From assembly GCA_965233585.1 (NCBI GenBank), contig CBDDTI010000729.1, positions 72,080 through 136,079 on the forward strand: DNA of 64,000 nt. Direction: 5' to 3'. The DNA is from a bacterium (GTDB lineage Bacteria; SAR324; NAC60-12). A model generated the notes under the pieces. The model did not search any database and was not told the DNA's origin. It saw only the letters and a program-made list of their open reading frames with translations. Below, in pieces: positions 33,303 through 44,303 of this stretch; the first letter of the stretch is position 1; each line of letters starts with the position of its first letter. The position numbers and the translations under genes were made by a program.

Positions 33303-34682
33303 CTACCAAAACTGAACGGCATAAAAGCTAATCGTTAAGTAAATAGAAACTCCTATAACATCATTGGCAGTGGTAATGAAAGGACCTGTTGCCACAGCGG
33401 GGTCAATATTCATGTGTTTTAAGACAATGGGAACAGATGCCCCAACCAATGCCGCAAATGCGACAACAATGAGCAAAGACAACGATGCAGCTAAGGCAAT
33501 TTGAATGTTTTGGATTAACATCCATGCCACAATCAAAAGCAAGACACCGCAAATGATTCCATTGACCACACCGACCCGCAATTCTTTCCATAAACGTAAA
33601 TAGGTATCAGACAAACGAATTTCACCAGTCGCCAGTCCCCTGACAACAATAGATGATGATTGAATGGCAATGTTCCCACCCAATGCAGCGACAAGGGGAA
33701 TAAATAGCGTGACTTGCGGAAGTTGGATGAGCTTGGTTTTGTAGTGACTCATCACGACTGCTGTCAGCACCCCTCCGAATAGACCTAGCAAGAGCCATGG
33801 AATCCTGTCTTTGATTGTTTTCACAAGCGAATGTTCCAAGACTTCTTCACTGCCCGTTCCAGCGAAACGACCTAAATCTTCTTCATGTTCTTCTTGCATG
33901 ATGTCAAAAATATCGCTCACTGTAATTCTGCCAACTAACCTTAAATGTTTATCAATAACAGGAATGACAACGAGGTTGTATTCTCTGGCAAGCACAGCCA
34001 CTTCTTCTTGGTCTGCAGACACATCAACAGAAATGACATGAGGGTCTGTGAGGCTGGCAATTTGCAAATTTCTTGGGGCAAGCAGTAATTGGGTCACGCT
34101 GATTGAGCCAATGAGATGAAAACTTGGGTCAACTACGTAGACTGTATAAAATTTTGTGATGTCTTCTTTTTGTGAGAATTTGCGAATTTTGTAAATGGCT
34201 TGTTCTACGGTCTGGTCTTGCTCAATGCAGACAAATTGAGCGTCCATAATGCCCCCTGCTGTGTCTTCTTGGTATTTGACTAGCCCGCTAATCAGTTCTT
34301 GGTCTTTTTCAGGGAGGCAGTTGATGATTTTTGTTGCCTTGTCTGGGGCTAAGTCCATCAGCACCAGCATAATATCAGCCGCATCATTACTGTCTAATTC
34401 TTGCAACCACTCTATCAACTGATCATCTTCAATGGAGGGAAGAAAACTTTGCATGGCAGGAGACCTGTCTTGCAGGTGTGCAAGAATTTCTGCCGCATCT
34501 TTTCTTCTCTGAATGATGAGATATTGCTTTTGAGGTTCAAAAGCAAGAATGGCATTGATGAGTTCAACAGCAGAGATTTCTGAAATTAAGGCTTCTATTT
34601 CAGAAAGGTTGTCGGATTCAAGGGCGGAGTCTAAAACTTTGGGAAGAGCCTCGTGAGTTTCATACAGATTCAGAGCCATCAC
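33303..34682 (-). CDS. mgtE: Magnesium transporter MgtE
   Basis: EDTAGGIM, CBS pair, RIPWL, GGNIAIQ, DPAVATGPFITTANDV. Confidence 0.95.
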   Translation of the reverse strand: MMALNLYETHEALPKVLDSALESDNLSEIEALISEISAVELINAILAFEPQKQYLIIQRRKDAAEILAHLQDRSPAMQSFLPSIEDDQLIEWLQELDSNDAADIMLVLMDLAPDKATKIINCLPEKDQELISGLVKYQEDTAGGIMDAQFVCIEQDQTVEQAIYKIRKFSQKEDITKFYTVYVVDPSFHLIGSISVTQLLLAPRNLQIASLTDPHVISVDVSADQEEVAVLAREYNLVVIPVIDKHLRLVGRITVSDIFDIMQEEHEEDLGRFAGTGSEEVLEHSLVKTIKDRIPWLLLGLFGGVLTAVVMSHYKTKLIQLPQVTLFIPLVAALGGNIAIQSSSIVVRGLATGEIRLSDTYLRLWKELRVGVVNGIICGVLLLIVAWMLIQNIQIALAASLSLLIVVAFAALVGASVPIVLKHMNIDPAVATGPFITTANDVIGVSIYLTISFYAVQFW

Positions 34683-34707
34683 TATCTCTTAAACCAAGAG
34701 GCTGAAC

Positions 34708-35625
34708 TTAGCTTTGATTGGCATCTAACAAGTCTTTTTGTAAAATTTGGAGTTCTTGTAAGGTGCTGATGAGTGATTGTGCACGTTGTTGGAGTTGAGA
34801 GACAGTGTTTTCTGAAAATCCAAAAGATGCTGTTAAATCTTGAATCAAAGCGATTTCTTTTTCAGACAAACTGCCATCAACAAGAGAGATGAGAAAACAA
34901 TACGAGATAAATCGCTCTTGTCCTTCTGTGTCAGTAATGACTGATGAAATTTCATCTACAATCAGCTTGTGATTCAAGTCTTTTTGGTAGTCAATTTTTG
35001 TAGAAATATCTTGAATGTCCACATCAGAAAGACGAGGGTCAAAACTAAAAATGGCACGCATCAGGTCAATTTTATTGGGAACATCTGATGGATTGTCAGA
35101 ATAGATTACCGTCAACAACGCCTTGGTAATTACTTCAGGGAACTCTACATCTTGGTCTGAAAGACTCGTAAAAGGGTCAAGAAAAAACCATTCATTGAAG
35201 CATTTGACTGCATAAGCAGTGTGTTGCAAAACTGTGTTGATTTCCTCTAATGTCAACTGAATCACCTGACCAATTCTAACTAATAATTGCTGTTCATTGT
35301 TAGAAACGTACTCATCAATAGAGGCAATCAGATAGGCAGAGGCAAGTAAATTGATTTTGTCATTGCGATCGTTGACATATTCTGCAATGTAAGAAAAGAG
35401 ATCTTCTTGCTCCAAACTTTTAAAGGTGGAGATAGAAGGCTTGATATTTGATGGGTTGACATTGTCATCTAGGGTACAAAGCGCCTCTAACAGTTTCATC
35501 TCACGGTCTACATTTGGCTTCTCATCACAATAAATGATCGTCAGCATTGTAAGGATTTTGGCATTTCCAAGAGTCATGGCAGTTTCTTGGAAAATTTGTT
35601 TCAGTTGTCTCAACCAGTTGAACAT
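34708..35625 (-). CDS. Tandem TerB-like domain protein
   Basis: Two repeats ending IASIDEYVSNNE and ISLVDGSLSEKE. Confidence 0.75.
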   Translation of the reverse strand: MFNWLRQLKQIFQETAMTLGNAKILTMLTIIYCDEKPNVDREMKLLEALCTLDDNVNPSNIKPSISTFKSLEQEDLFSYIAEYVNDRNDKINLLASAYLIASIDEYVSNNEQQLLVRIGQVIQLTLEEINTVLQHTAYAVKCFNEWFFLDPFTSLSDQDVEFPEVITKALLTVIYSDNPSDVPNKIDLMRAIFSFDPRLSDVDIQDISTKIDYQKDLNHKLIVDEISSVITDTEGQERFISYCFLISLVDGSLSEKEIALIQDLTASFGFSENTVSQLQQRAQSLISTLQELQILQKDLLDANQS

Positions 35626-35643
35626 AGCTTTTATTTAATCAAT

Positions 35644-36579
35644 TTAATCAATGTAGAGTTCAGCCCCTTGTGGAGGGCGTAAAAAGGACAAAATCTGCAT
35701 CTCTTCCAAGAAACAGATGAAGCGATGCGATTTTTCTCTCAGGTCTTCAATATAGGAAATAGGAAGATTCAACAGCTCTGCAAATTCTCGGAAAAACACC
35801 AATTCCTCCTGTGAGATCTTTCCGTCAATGTCAGCAATGAGTAAACAAATGGAAAGCAGCGTTTTCCGTTGAGAACTATTTGGAATATGTTGAGGAATGG
35901 TAGCAAGCAATGCTGAGGAGTCATGCCGAAGGGTCTCAAACTTTTCAAACACTTCTTCTATATCTTGTTGGGCAAGGTAGGGGTCAAAGACACAAAGTGC
36001 TTCCATTAAACGCATCTTATCTGGAATCACATCCTCATCGTCTGAATGGATCACCAGTAGCAAAGTTAAAATCGTGGTCTGTGCGGCAAGATTTTGTTCA
36101 TCTTCTGTCGCCTCTTCTTTCTGCTCAAAAAAGAACCATTCATTCAACATAGAAATAATATACTGTGCATTTGAGGTAATGAGTTCTGTCTCTTTCTGGC
36201 TCACACCGATTGCATCAGCAATCTTTAAGATGAACTGTTTTTCACCATCAGAAACATAGTTGTCAATGCCTGCAATCAAATAAGCTGATGCAATCAAATT
36301 CAACTGTTCCCCATTGTCCATCTCTGATTCTCTTAAAAATTGCAAAACATCGTCCCTTTGTAGTTTGGAAAAACGTTCTTTCTGTTCTGCAATACTGATA
36401 GAGTTGAGCCTCATGTCTAGTTTGGTCAATGCCTCCAAAAGTCTCATTTCCCTCACCGTCTCTGCTTTTTCATCTGAATAGATCATATACAGAAGAGTCA
36501 AGACTTTCGCCTCACTGAACGTCAAATCTGCAAATTTAAAAAAATCTTTAACTTGCTTCCATGTGTCTAGTATTCCCAT
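35644..36579 (-). CDS. Tandem TerB-like domain protein (paralog)
   Basis: IAGIDNYVSDGE and IADIDGKISQEE; collinear with 34708-35625. Confidence 0.75.
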   Translation of the reverse strand: MGILDTWKQVKDFFKFADLTFSEAKVLTLLYMIYSDEKAETVREMRLLEALTKLDMRLNSISIAEQKERFSKLQRDDVLQFLRESEMDNGEQLNLIASAYLIAGIDNYVSDGEKQFILKIADAIGVSQKETELITSNAQYIISMLNEWFFFEQKEEATEDEQNLAAQTTILTLLLVIHSDDEDVIPDKMRLMEALCVFDPYLAQQDIEEVFEKFETLRHDSSALLATIPQHIPNSSQRKTLLSICLLIADIDGKISQEELVFFREFAELLNLPISYIEDLREKSHRFICFLEEMQILSFLRPPQGAELYID

Positions 36580-36879
36580 GTGAATCCCCTTTGGTCAAAT
36601 AGTTTAATCTAGTTATATACATGACAAAAAGGTAAAGATTACCTTTCATATTCATTAAATGCAAGAGTCTTAGAAAAATTATTTGATGATTCTTGAATCA
36701 TCAGAGTTTTGAAGCACTCTTTTTTAAAATTCTTTTTCAAAGTTTTCAATCAAAATTGCTTAAAAGGTCTCATTCATCTGAGACAATTTAGACAATCAAG
36801 AACATCTAGTTTGATTTTTTAGATCGGTCAGTTAAAATGGTTTTATGACATTTTTGAGATTTTTTAAATTTTGTTGATT

Positions 36880-38040
36880 ATGAAAGCGATTTGGAATTTG
36901 GGCTTTCGTCCTTTCTTTTTGGGCGGCTTGATTTATGGAGTGATTGCGACTTGGGTCTGGACGTTGTTTTATACACAAGGTTGGCATTTGTTTGAGGTTG
37001 GAATCTTTACGCCTGCACAGCATGGGCATGAGATGGTGTACGGATACGGGCTTGCAATCGTTGCAGGCTTTCTGATGACAGCAGTGCAGAACTGGACAGG
37101 AGTGCCAACTGTCAACGGAGGCAGACTTGCTTTGATTTTTATGACTTGGGTTTTAGCTAGGCTGACCTTTTTGTTTCAAAAATTCGTGCCTCTTGAACTT
37201 GTTGCTTTCTTTGACCTTTTATTTAATTTACTTGTCATTGTGGCGGTCATCTACCCTGTTTTAAAAGTCAAGCAATGGAAACAGATGGGAATTTCTGTGA
37301 AGCTGGTTTCTTTTTTTGTGCTGAATCTGTTCTATTATTTAGAAGAATTTCAAGTCATATCTTGGGGGACTTATTGGAGTAATTATTTTGGGGTGTACAT
37401 CTTAATTGGTTTGTTTTTGACCATTGGCAGACGTGTCATTCCATTTTTCATTTCCAAAGGTGTTGGATATTCTGTGGAATTAAAAAATTCTGTATGGGTT
37501 GACAGAGTCTGTTTGGTTGGCTTTGTTCTCTTTGCAGTTTCAGATTTGGTGAGTCCTAACGGAGCATTGGCAATCGGTTCTGCATTGCTTTTGTTTGTTG
37601 TACACACATGGCGTGCTGTGGGTTGGCACACTGTGGGGATTTGGCAGAAGCCTTTGCTTTGGTCGCTATACCTTGCCTATCTTTTTGTTGTGTTTGGGTT
37701 CTTGCTTAAATTCCTTGTCTTATTCGGCTTGGCGCCTCAATTAGCATTGCACATGTTCACAGTGGGGGGCATTGCTGTTGGCACATTAAGCATGATTGCA
37801 AGGGTTTCCTTAGGACACACAGGCAGAGACATTCGGCAACCTCCAAAAATTTTAGTATTGGCTTTTGTGGCAATCATTGGTAGTGTATTGACTCGTGTTT
37901 TGCTCCCAGCTTTCCAACCTGAACATTATGTCTGGTGGATAGGGCTGACACAGATACTTTGGAGCATTTCTTTTCTTTCGTTGATTTTTGTTTACTTTCC
38001 TATTCTTTCCCAACCTCGTGTTGATGGCATTCCCGGTTAG
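36880..38040 (+). CDS. nnrS: NnrS family membrane protein
   Basis: GFRPFFL, HGHEMVYGY, TAVQNWTG, RVIPFF, RVSLGHTGR, PRVDG. Confidence 0.92.
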   Translation: MKAIWNLGFRPFFLGGLIYGVIATWVWTLFYTQGWHLFEVGIFTPAQHGHEMVYGYGLAIVAGFLMTAVQNWTGVPTVNGGRLALIFMTWVLARLTFLFQKFVPLELVAFFDLLFNLLVIVAVIYPVLKVKQWKQMGISVKLVSFFVLNLFYYLEEFQVISWGTYWSNYFGVYILIGLFLTIGRRVIPFFISKGVGYSVELKNSVWVDRVCLVGFVLFAVSDLVSPNGALAIGSALLLFVVHTWRAVGWHTVGIWQKPLLWSLYLAYLFVVFGFLLKFLVLFGLAPQLALHMFTVGGIAVGTLSMIARVSLGHTGRDIRQPPKILVLAFVAIIGSVLTRVLLPAFQPEHYVWWIGLTQILWSISFLSLIFVYFPILSQPRVDGIPG

Positions 38041-39123
38041 ATGGTAGATTCACGCATTGAAGATTTGCATATTCTCAAAGAGGAAAGGCTTCCTTCACCT
38101 GATTTAATCAAACAAGAGCTTCCTCTTACTGAGGAATCTGTTCAAACCACACAAAGAGGGCAACAGACAATCAGAGCCATTTTAGATGGCAAAGACCCAA
38201 GACTTTTTCTTGTTGTTGGACCTTGCTCAATCCATGACCCCCAGTCTGCATTGGAGTATGCAAAGCACTTGAAAGTGTTGGCAGATGAAGTACAAGACAC
38301 CTTGTTCTTGGTCATGCGGACGTATTTTGAAAAACCACGTACAAGCGTCGGCTGGCAAGGCTTAATCCATGACCCCGATTTGGATCAATCGTTTCACATT
38401 GAAAAAGGATTGCGGGTTGCAAGGAAACTCTTGCTTGACATCACTACAATGGGCTTACCCACTGCGGGAGAAGCATTAAATCTAATCATTCCACAATACC
38501 ACCAAGACTTGTATTCATGGACTGCCATTGGTGCAAGAACAACAGAGGCACAGACTCATCGTAAATTAGCAGGCGGGCTTTCTAACCCAGTAGGGTTTAA
38601 AAACAACACGCACGGAGACATTGATGTTGCAGTCAATGCTATCTTGTCTGCACAAACTCCAGATAATTTTTTAAGTGTTGACAGAAAAGGCGTTGTTGCA
38701 GTGATTCGTACCAAAGGCAATGCCTATACTCATGTCGTTTTGCGTGGTGGGCAGACCCCAAATTATGATGCTGAATCTATTCAACACACCGAATCCCTAC
38801 TGCAGCAAGCCAACTTAGCTCAAAACATTATGGTAGATTGTAGTCATGCCAATTCAGGCAAAGAGCATCTTCGGCAGCTGGAAGTTATAGATAACCTGAC
38901 CTACCAAATTCAACAAGGCAACTCATCAATCATTGGTTTGATGATAGAAAGTCATTTACACGCTGGTTCGCAAAGCATGTCTGGGGACTTGTCTAATCTC
39001 AAGTATGGGGTGTCCATCACTGATAAGTGTTTAGATTGGGAGTCCACCCGTCAAGCGATTCTGGAATTTGCCAGACAACTCAAACCTCTTTTGTTTAAAC
39101 GTCAACGTTTTTCTCAATGTTAG
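38041..39123 (+). CDS. DAHP synthase class I (AroF/AroG type)
   Basis: GPCSIHD, YFEKPRT, IGARTTE, DCSHANS, SITDKC. Confidence 0.93.
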   Translation: MVDSRIEDLHILKEERLPSPDLIKQELPLTEESVQTTQRGQQTIRAILDGKDPRLFLVVGPCSIHDPQSALEYAKHLKVLADEVQDTLFLVMRTYFEKPRTSVGWQGLIHDPDLDQSFHIEKGLRVARKLLLDITTMGLPTAGEALNLIIPQYHQDLYSWTAIGARTTEAQTHRKLAGGLSNPVGFKNNTHGDIDVAVNAILSAQTPDNFLSVDRKGVVAVIRTKGNAYTHVVLRGGQTPNYDAESIQHTESLLQQANLAQNIMVDCSHANSGKEHLRQLEVIDNLTYQIQQGNSSIIGLMIESHLHAGSQSMSGDLSNLKYGVSITDKCLDWESTRQAILEFARQLKPLLFKRQRFSQC

Positions 39124-40625
39124 ATAACGTTCGTGAAGAATGCGGAATCGTTGCTGTCTATCAGCTTCATTCTGCAGAACGTCCAGTCAATGTCTCTTCA
39201 TACATTCCTAACCTTTTACTAGACCTCCAGCATCGCGGACAGCTGAGCGCAGGTGTAAGTAGTTACCATGCCCAACGTGGAAGTTTGATTAAGACTCACC
39301 GTGATTTGGGGCTAGTGGAACGTGTCTTTGCTATGCACAGTCCCAAAAAATCTCGCGCACTTTTAGAGGAATTTTCAGGCACCGCTGCGATTGGTCATAT
39401 TCGTTACGCAACATGTGGAAAAGAAGAAGATGTCAATTTTGCACAACCTTTTGAGCGGATTCATGGCAACAAATGGAAGTGGTTTAGCATCGCATTCAAC
39501 GGGAATCTTGCAAACTTTGAGGTGTTGAAACAAGGGCTGATAGAAAACGGCTACCATATCACCTATGACACCGATACAGAAATCATCATGCACTACATCA
39601 ATCGTGAGTTACGAGGAGACCAGCAAATTGGCTTTGCTCAACTTTGTGCTTCTCTTGCCAAGAATTTTGATGGTGCATACTGCATCTTGTTTCTCAATGC
39701 AAAGGGTGAATTTTTTGCGATGCGTGACCCTTTGGGAATCAAACCCTTGTGTTATGGGGTTAAAGACCACTTGCTTTTTGTTTCTTCTGAAAGTGTTGCT
39801 CTGACGAGGCTTGGCATTGTACATTATCAAGATTTGGATCCCGGCTCCGTGCTGATTGCCAAACCGAATCAAAACTACTCTGTTGAACGTTACACAACAG
39901 CCAAGAAAAAGGCATTTTGTCATTTTGAGTGGGTGTATTTTTCTAATGTCGCTTCGGTCTTAAATAATCGTTCAGTTTTTAAGACACGGCGCTTGATTGG
40001 AAGGTTACTTGCTGAAAATGAAGATTTAGAGACGACCCCTGAAGACCGCGTTGTGCCTGTTCCTGAGACAGCAAACATCATAGGCTCTGCTTACGGATTT
40101 AAAAGACAAGTGCCTGTCATTGAAGGGGTGATTCGCAATCGTTACGTGGGCAGAACCTTTATTGAAGGTGCAACACGTCAAGAAGTGATGATGCGGAAGT
40201 TTTTACCAATTCCTCAATTACTGGCAGGAAAACGTATTTTTCTGGTTGATGATTCGCTAGTGCGTTCTACGACTTTGGTGAATTTAGTGCAGATTTTAAA
40301 AACTTACGCCCGTGTCAAAGAAATTCATATCAGAATTGCTTGTCCTCCCATTGTTGCTCCTTGCTTTTACGGCATCAACTTCCCAACCTCTCAGGAGCTA
40401 TTTGCTACCAAGTTTCCGCTGACCGAGCAAGGCGATTTTTCCAAAGAAACCTTAGCAAAGATGGCTCATGTACTTGGGGCTGATAGCCTGCGTTTTCTGA
40501 GTATTGATTCACTCACCAAAGCCATTGGGCATCGCAAGCACAATGTCTGCTTAGCTTGCCTCAATGCTGAATATCCCACGCCTTTTGGCTTGAAAAACTA
40601 TCAACAACAGCTTAAACCGCTATGA
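39117..40625 (+). CDS. purF: Amidophosphoribosyltransferase
   Basis: EECG propeptide junction, LQHRGQ, GHIRY, DDSLVRSTT, PCFYG, CLAC. Confidence 0.93.
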   Translation: MLDNVREECGIVAVYQLHSAERPVNVSSYIPNLLLDLQHRGQLSAGVSSYHAQRGSLIKTHRDLGLVERVFAMHSPKKSRALLEEFSGTAAIGHIRYATCGKEEDVNFAQPFERIHGNKWKWFSIAFNGNLANFEVLKQGLIENGYHITYDTDTEIIMHYINRELRGDQQIGFAQLCASLAKNFDGAYCILFLNAKGEFFAMRDPLGIKPLCYGVKDHLLFVSSESVALTRLGIVHYQDLDPGSVLIAKPNQNYSVERYTTAKKKAFCHFEWVYFSNVASVLNNRSVFKTRRLIGRLLAENEDLETTPEDRVVPVPETANIIGSAYGFKRQVPVIEGVIRNRYVGRTFIEGATRQEVMMRKFLPIPQLLAGKRIFLVDDSLVRSTTLVNLVQILKTYARVKEIHIRIACPPIVAPCFYGINFPTSQELFATKFPLTEQGDFSKETLAKMAHVLGADSLRFLSIDSLTKAIGHRKHNVCLACLNAEYPTPFGLKNYQQQLKPL

Positions 40626-40888
40626 TTGACGAAGATGTCATCGCTCTCTTAGTCTGTCCCCAGACCAAGCAAAGTTTGCAGTTTGCAGACAAGGCAATCC
40701 TTCAAAAAATTAATGATTTGATTCAACAAAACAAACTTCACAATGTTGGGGGGAATCTTGTCAAAGACAGCATTGACGGGGGATTGTTGCGAGAAGACCA
40801 AGGAGTCCTTTACCCTATCCGCAACAATATTCCAGTTCTTTTAGCTGATGAGGGAATCTGTTTGGAAAAAGTAGGGTCTAGCGATTGA
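40622..40888 (+). CDS. Trm112/UPF0434 family protein
   Basis: LLVCPQTKQSL, YPIRNNIPVLL. Confidence 0.85.
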   Translation: MIDEDVIALLVCPQTKQSLQFADKAILQKINDLIQQNKLHNVGGNLVKDSIDGGLLREDQGVLYPIRNNIPVLLADEGICLEKVGSSD

Positions 40889-41579
40889 TGTTTTGTTGTC
40901 TGTTGACAAGACGTTGCAAGGCATCTTGTGCTTCAAGATTTCCCCGCTGAGAGGCGTTTTGATACCACTTGACCGCTCTGTCCAGATTAGATGACAGACG
41001 TTCTCCGCCAGTTTCATAAAGTCTTCCAAGAGCAAACATGGCTTGGGTATGCCCCCGTTCTGCGGCAAGTTCATACCAATATCTAGCACGTGGTAAATTC
41101 TGAGATTGAGGATTGTTTGCATAAAAATCTCCAAGCAAAAACTGTGCTTCAGGAAATCCCTTTTGAACGGCTTTTAATGCCCATTCAATGCTTGCTTGGG
41201 TGTCTTGTGAGACACCTGCACCTTTCAACAATCGTCTAGCAATCTCTGTTTGTGATGCAGGATTGCCTGCTTGAGCCGACTTTAAATACCACTGAAAAGC
41301 AAGGGAGACATTGGCTTTGACTCCTTGACCGGTGTCAAACATCTGTGCAATTTGAACGTAAGCAGGTTCATAGTTTTGCAAAGCAGACATTCTAAACCAT
41401 TTCATCGCTTCGTTGTAATCTCGCACGACAATGACACCCTGACGAAAGAAAGTGCCAAGCCTATATTGGGCAATAGCGTCTCCTTCTTGGGCAGTTTTTC
41501 TGGTCTCATAAAAACTTTGCCCAAAAGCAAGCCAAGTGACACAAGCTATGACAGCGGTGAACAAGCATTTTTTAACCAC
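40878..41579 (-). CDS. Sel1-like repeat protein
   Basis: AQEGDAIAQYRLG, WFRMSA, WYLKSAQAG, AAERGH repeats; GTG 41579 chosen to limit overlap. Confidence 0.85.
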   Translation of the reverse strand: MVKKCLFTAVIACVTWLAFGQSFYETRKTAQEGDAIAQYRLGTFFRQGVIVVRDYNEAMKWFRMSALQNYEPAYVQIAQMFDTGQGVKANVSLAFQWYLKSAQAGNPASQTEIARRLLKGAGVSQDTQASIEWALKAVQKGFPEAQFLLGDFYANNPQSQNLPRARYWYELAAERGHTQAMFALGRLYETGGERLSSNLDRAVKWYQNASQRGNLEAQDALQRLVNRQQNINR

Positions 41580-43327
41580 TTTTGATCTTCTGGATTGAGT
41601 TCGTGCAAAAGAGCCTTTTGGACTCTCTGATGATAATCGTTCAGCCATTGAATTTCATCACTGGTCAGCATCTCTTTGAGAATCAAATCTTTGTTGATAG
41701 GGACAAGTGTCAAGTCTTCAAACTGCAAAAAATTGTTCTCTGATTCTACCACTAAAACAGTGTTTTCAATCCTGATTCCAAACTCCCGTTCACGATAATA
41801 TCCGGGTTCATTGGTCACAAACATGCCTGCTTGAAATCCAGTTGCGTTATAAGCAGGGGAAATGCGATGAGGTCCCTCATGCACGGAAAGAAAGCTACCC
41901 ACTCCGTGTCCTGTACCATGGTCAAAGTCAAGTCCTGCCTTCCAAAGAGGCAATCGTGTTATGGCATCAAGACAGTCGCCTCTTGTACCTTTGGGAAACT
42001 TTGCAGAACCCAAAGTGATGTGACTTTTGAGAACCAACGTGTAGCAATGTTTTTGTTCGTCAGTTGGAGTTCCAACAGGAAAGACTCGGGTGGTGTCTGT
42101 TGTTCCTCCTAGATATTGCCCTCCTGAATCAATCAAATACAAGCCATCACGGGTCAGCTTTGCCGCAGTTTTGGGATTCACACGGTAATGACACAATGCA
42201 CCATTTCCCCCATAAGCAGAAATGGTGTCAAAACTGGGTTCAATAAAATCCTTTGACATTGCACGGAAGTCTTTGATTTGCCTTACGCATTCATCTTCTG
42301 TGATAGGATTCCCCGTTTCTTCTCTCTTCAAAACATGTCTTTCAAGCCATGCCAAAAACCGAACCCATGCAACGGAGTCAATCCGATGAACCTCTCTGGC
42401 ATTGTCTTGTTCAGTCTGGTTTTTAACTGCTTTGGGCAGAGCAATCGGGTCAGGGGCGTATTGAATCACTGCTTTTGACTTTTCAAGAAGGTGTGTTAAC
42501 TGGTAAGGACTCCAATGCTCGTCTAGCTGAATGACTCCCTTTTCTCCTGCTTTGACAATTTGTTCAGCAAACTGCTTTTGACAAAATGGGAGGCATTCCA
42601 CCTGACTTTTCTGTAAAAGGTCATCAGGTAGTTTTTGAGAATCCACAAACCATTGCACTTTTTGGTCGGCATAAATCAGTAAGAATGATAGAGGAATTGG
42701 ATTATAAGGAACGTCAGAGCCACGCACATTTAAAAACCATGCAATGGAGTCAGGCGTCGTAATTGCAGTGGCATAGACTTCATTTTGTTGAAGTTGCTGA
42801 CAAATCCGAGAACGTTTACTTTCAAAAGACTCTCCTGCGTATTGCATAGGGTGGTCTTGTATCTTGCCAAGCGGAGGGTCAGGCTGGTCGTGCCAAATGT
42901 GGTCAATCAAGTTTTCACAAGGAACAAAGTCAATCTGTTTGGTTGAAAGGGATTTTTGAAAACGTCTGACTTGGCTTGCAGTCATCAGCCAAGCATCAAA
43001 TCCAATCCTTTGATTTTCAAGGCATTTAGATTGAATCCAATGTTCTGGTCTGTTGTAAATCAAATGTTGATGCTCATACAAATTGGGGTCAACTTCCTGC
43101 TTAATCTGTGCTGTGTATCTACCATCAACGAAGACTGCCGCATCTTTCTCCAGCACGACCGTCGCACCTGCTGACCCGCTGAACCCTGTTAAAAACTCAA
43201 GACGACTGTCACGTTCAGGAACATATTCGCCTTGATGCACGTCCCCGCGGAATTGCACAAATCCATCAAGTTTCAATTCTTTAAGTAACGCACGAAGTTG
43301 TTGCAGTTTGTTTGTGTGAGTTGTCAT
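41546..43327 (-). CDS. Aminopeptidase P (M24B, Xaa-Pro)
   Basis: DSGGQY, GTTDTTR, HGTGHGVG, VHEGP, NEPGYY, GIRIEN. Confidence 0.93.
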   Translation of the reverse strand: MTTHTNKLQQLRALLKELKLDGFVQFRGDVHQGEYVPERDSRLEFLTGFSGSAGATVVLEKDAAVFVDGRYTAQIKQEVDPNLYEHQHLIYNRPEHWIQSKCLENQRIGFDAWLMTASQVRRFQKSLSTKQIDFVPCENLIDHIWHDQPDPPLGKIQDHPMQYAGESFESKRSRICQQLQQNEVYATAITTPDSIAWFLNVRGSDVPYNPIPLSFLLIYADQKVQWFVDSQKLPDDLLQKSQVECLPFCQKQFAEQIVKAGEKGVIQLDEHWSPYQLTHLLEKSKAVIQYAPDPIALPKAVKNQTEQDNAREVHRIDSVAWVRFLAWLERHVLKREETGNPITEDECVRQIKDFRAMSKDFIEPSFDTISAYGGNGALCHYRVNPKTAAKLTRDGLYLIDSGGQYLGGTTDTTRVFPVGTPTDEQKHCYTLVLKSHITLGSAKFPKGTRGDCLDAITRLPLWKAGLDFDHGTGHGVGSFLSVHEGPHRISPAYNATGFQAGMFVTNEPGYYREREFGIRIENTVLVVESENNFLQFEDLTLVPINKDLILKEMLTSDEIQWLNDYHQRVQKALLHELNPEDQKWLKNACSPLS

Positions 43328-43445
43328 AGTTTTAATATTTTTAAATTGATTGTCAAAAGGTTTGGCATATTGGACTAAGCTGATTCAATGCAGCTATTCA
43401 AAAAAAAATTTGAGTCTTGGTCATTAAGGGGTCTCTCTGTTTGTT

Positions 43446-43835
43446 TTACTTGGCAGGAGGAAGAAAAGAAAACAAAAAAGCTAGCATGACACCAAGTGTA
43501 ATCAGATTTAAAGAAATGCCAAAACTTGCCATCCATGACAACAACTTAAATCTGCTATCAATTTTCTCATTAAGGTTCATTTCTAAATGAGACATTTTCT
43601 CATTAAGGTTCGCCTCTAAACTAGCAACCTGCTCCTTAGTCGCTTTTTGATCCAGTTGTTCATTGAGATTTGTCTCTAAAGCAGAAACTTGGTCTTTGGT
43701 AGAAAGTTTTGCAAAATTGCTTTCCACAACAGATTTAAATTCTTCTGTCAGCGCCTCTGCTTGTTCTTGTTCAAAGCCTGCAGCCTGCAAGTGTTTGGAG
43801 GTCTTGAGTGTGTCAAAAAGTAAAGTGGTTTCCAT
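43446..43835 (-). CDS. DUF1640/CCDC90-like protein (paralog of 4553-5026)
   Basis: First ~70 aa nearly identical to 4553-5026. Confidence 0.8.
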   Translation of the reverse strand: METTLLFDTLKTSKHLQAAGFEQEQAEALTEEFKSVVESNFAKLSTKDQVSALETNLNEQLDQKATKEQVASLEANLNEKMSHLEMNLNEKIDSRFKLLSWMASFGISLNLITLGVMLAFLFSFLPPAK

Positions 43836-44303
43836 CAGTTTATGCGTGAGAAGCTAAACCCAGAATCATAACAAATTTTAAGACAAAATGGAAAGAGGCA
43901 GGTTGTCAAGAGGTTAGTCCAAAATTTCTCCTTAATTGAATTAATTTTTCTGGATCAGATCTAAAAAGCGATTTTTCTGTTACTTCCAACAGCCTTTCAC
44001 TTTCTTTTATTTTTTAGGTTGGTTTTCAATTTTATCAATATTATCATCTACCAATTCCCTTAATACGATAAAAGCATTTTTATAGATGGGTTGCCATTTA
44101 TCATCCAATGGATTGACTATGCTATGAAAAAGTATATTTCTAAGTTCATACACAAACTTTACGAACCATTTCAGTTCTGCTAATTTTTTATTGTCATTTG
44201 GTTTTGTGTAATTTTTATAAGGTAATGGCTCAAATAAATTTTCTATTGCAAAATTACTTCTTATGCGCTGAAAACAAGTTGTTATCGCTTGATTAAAATT
44301 ATT

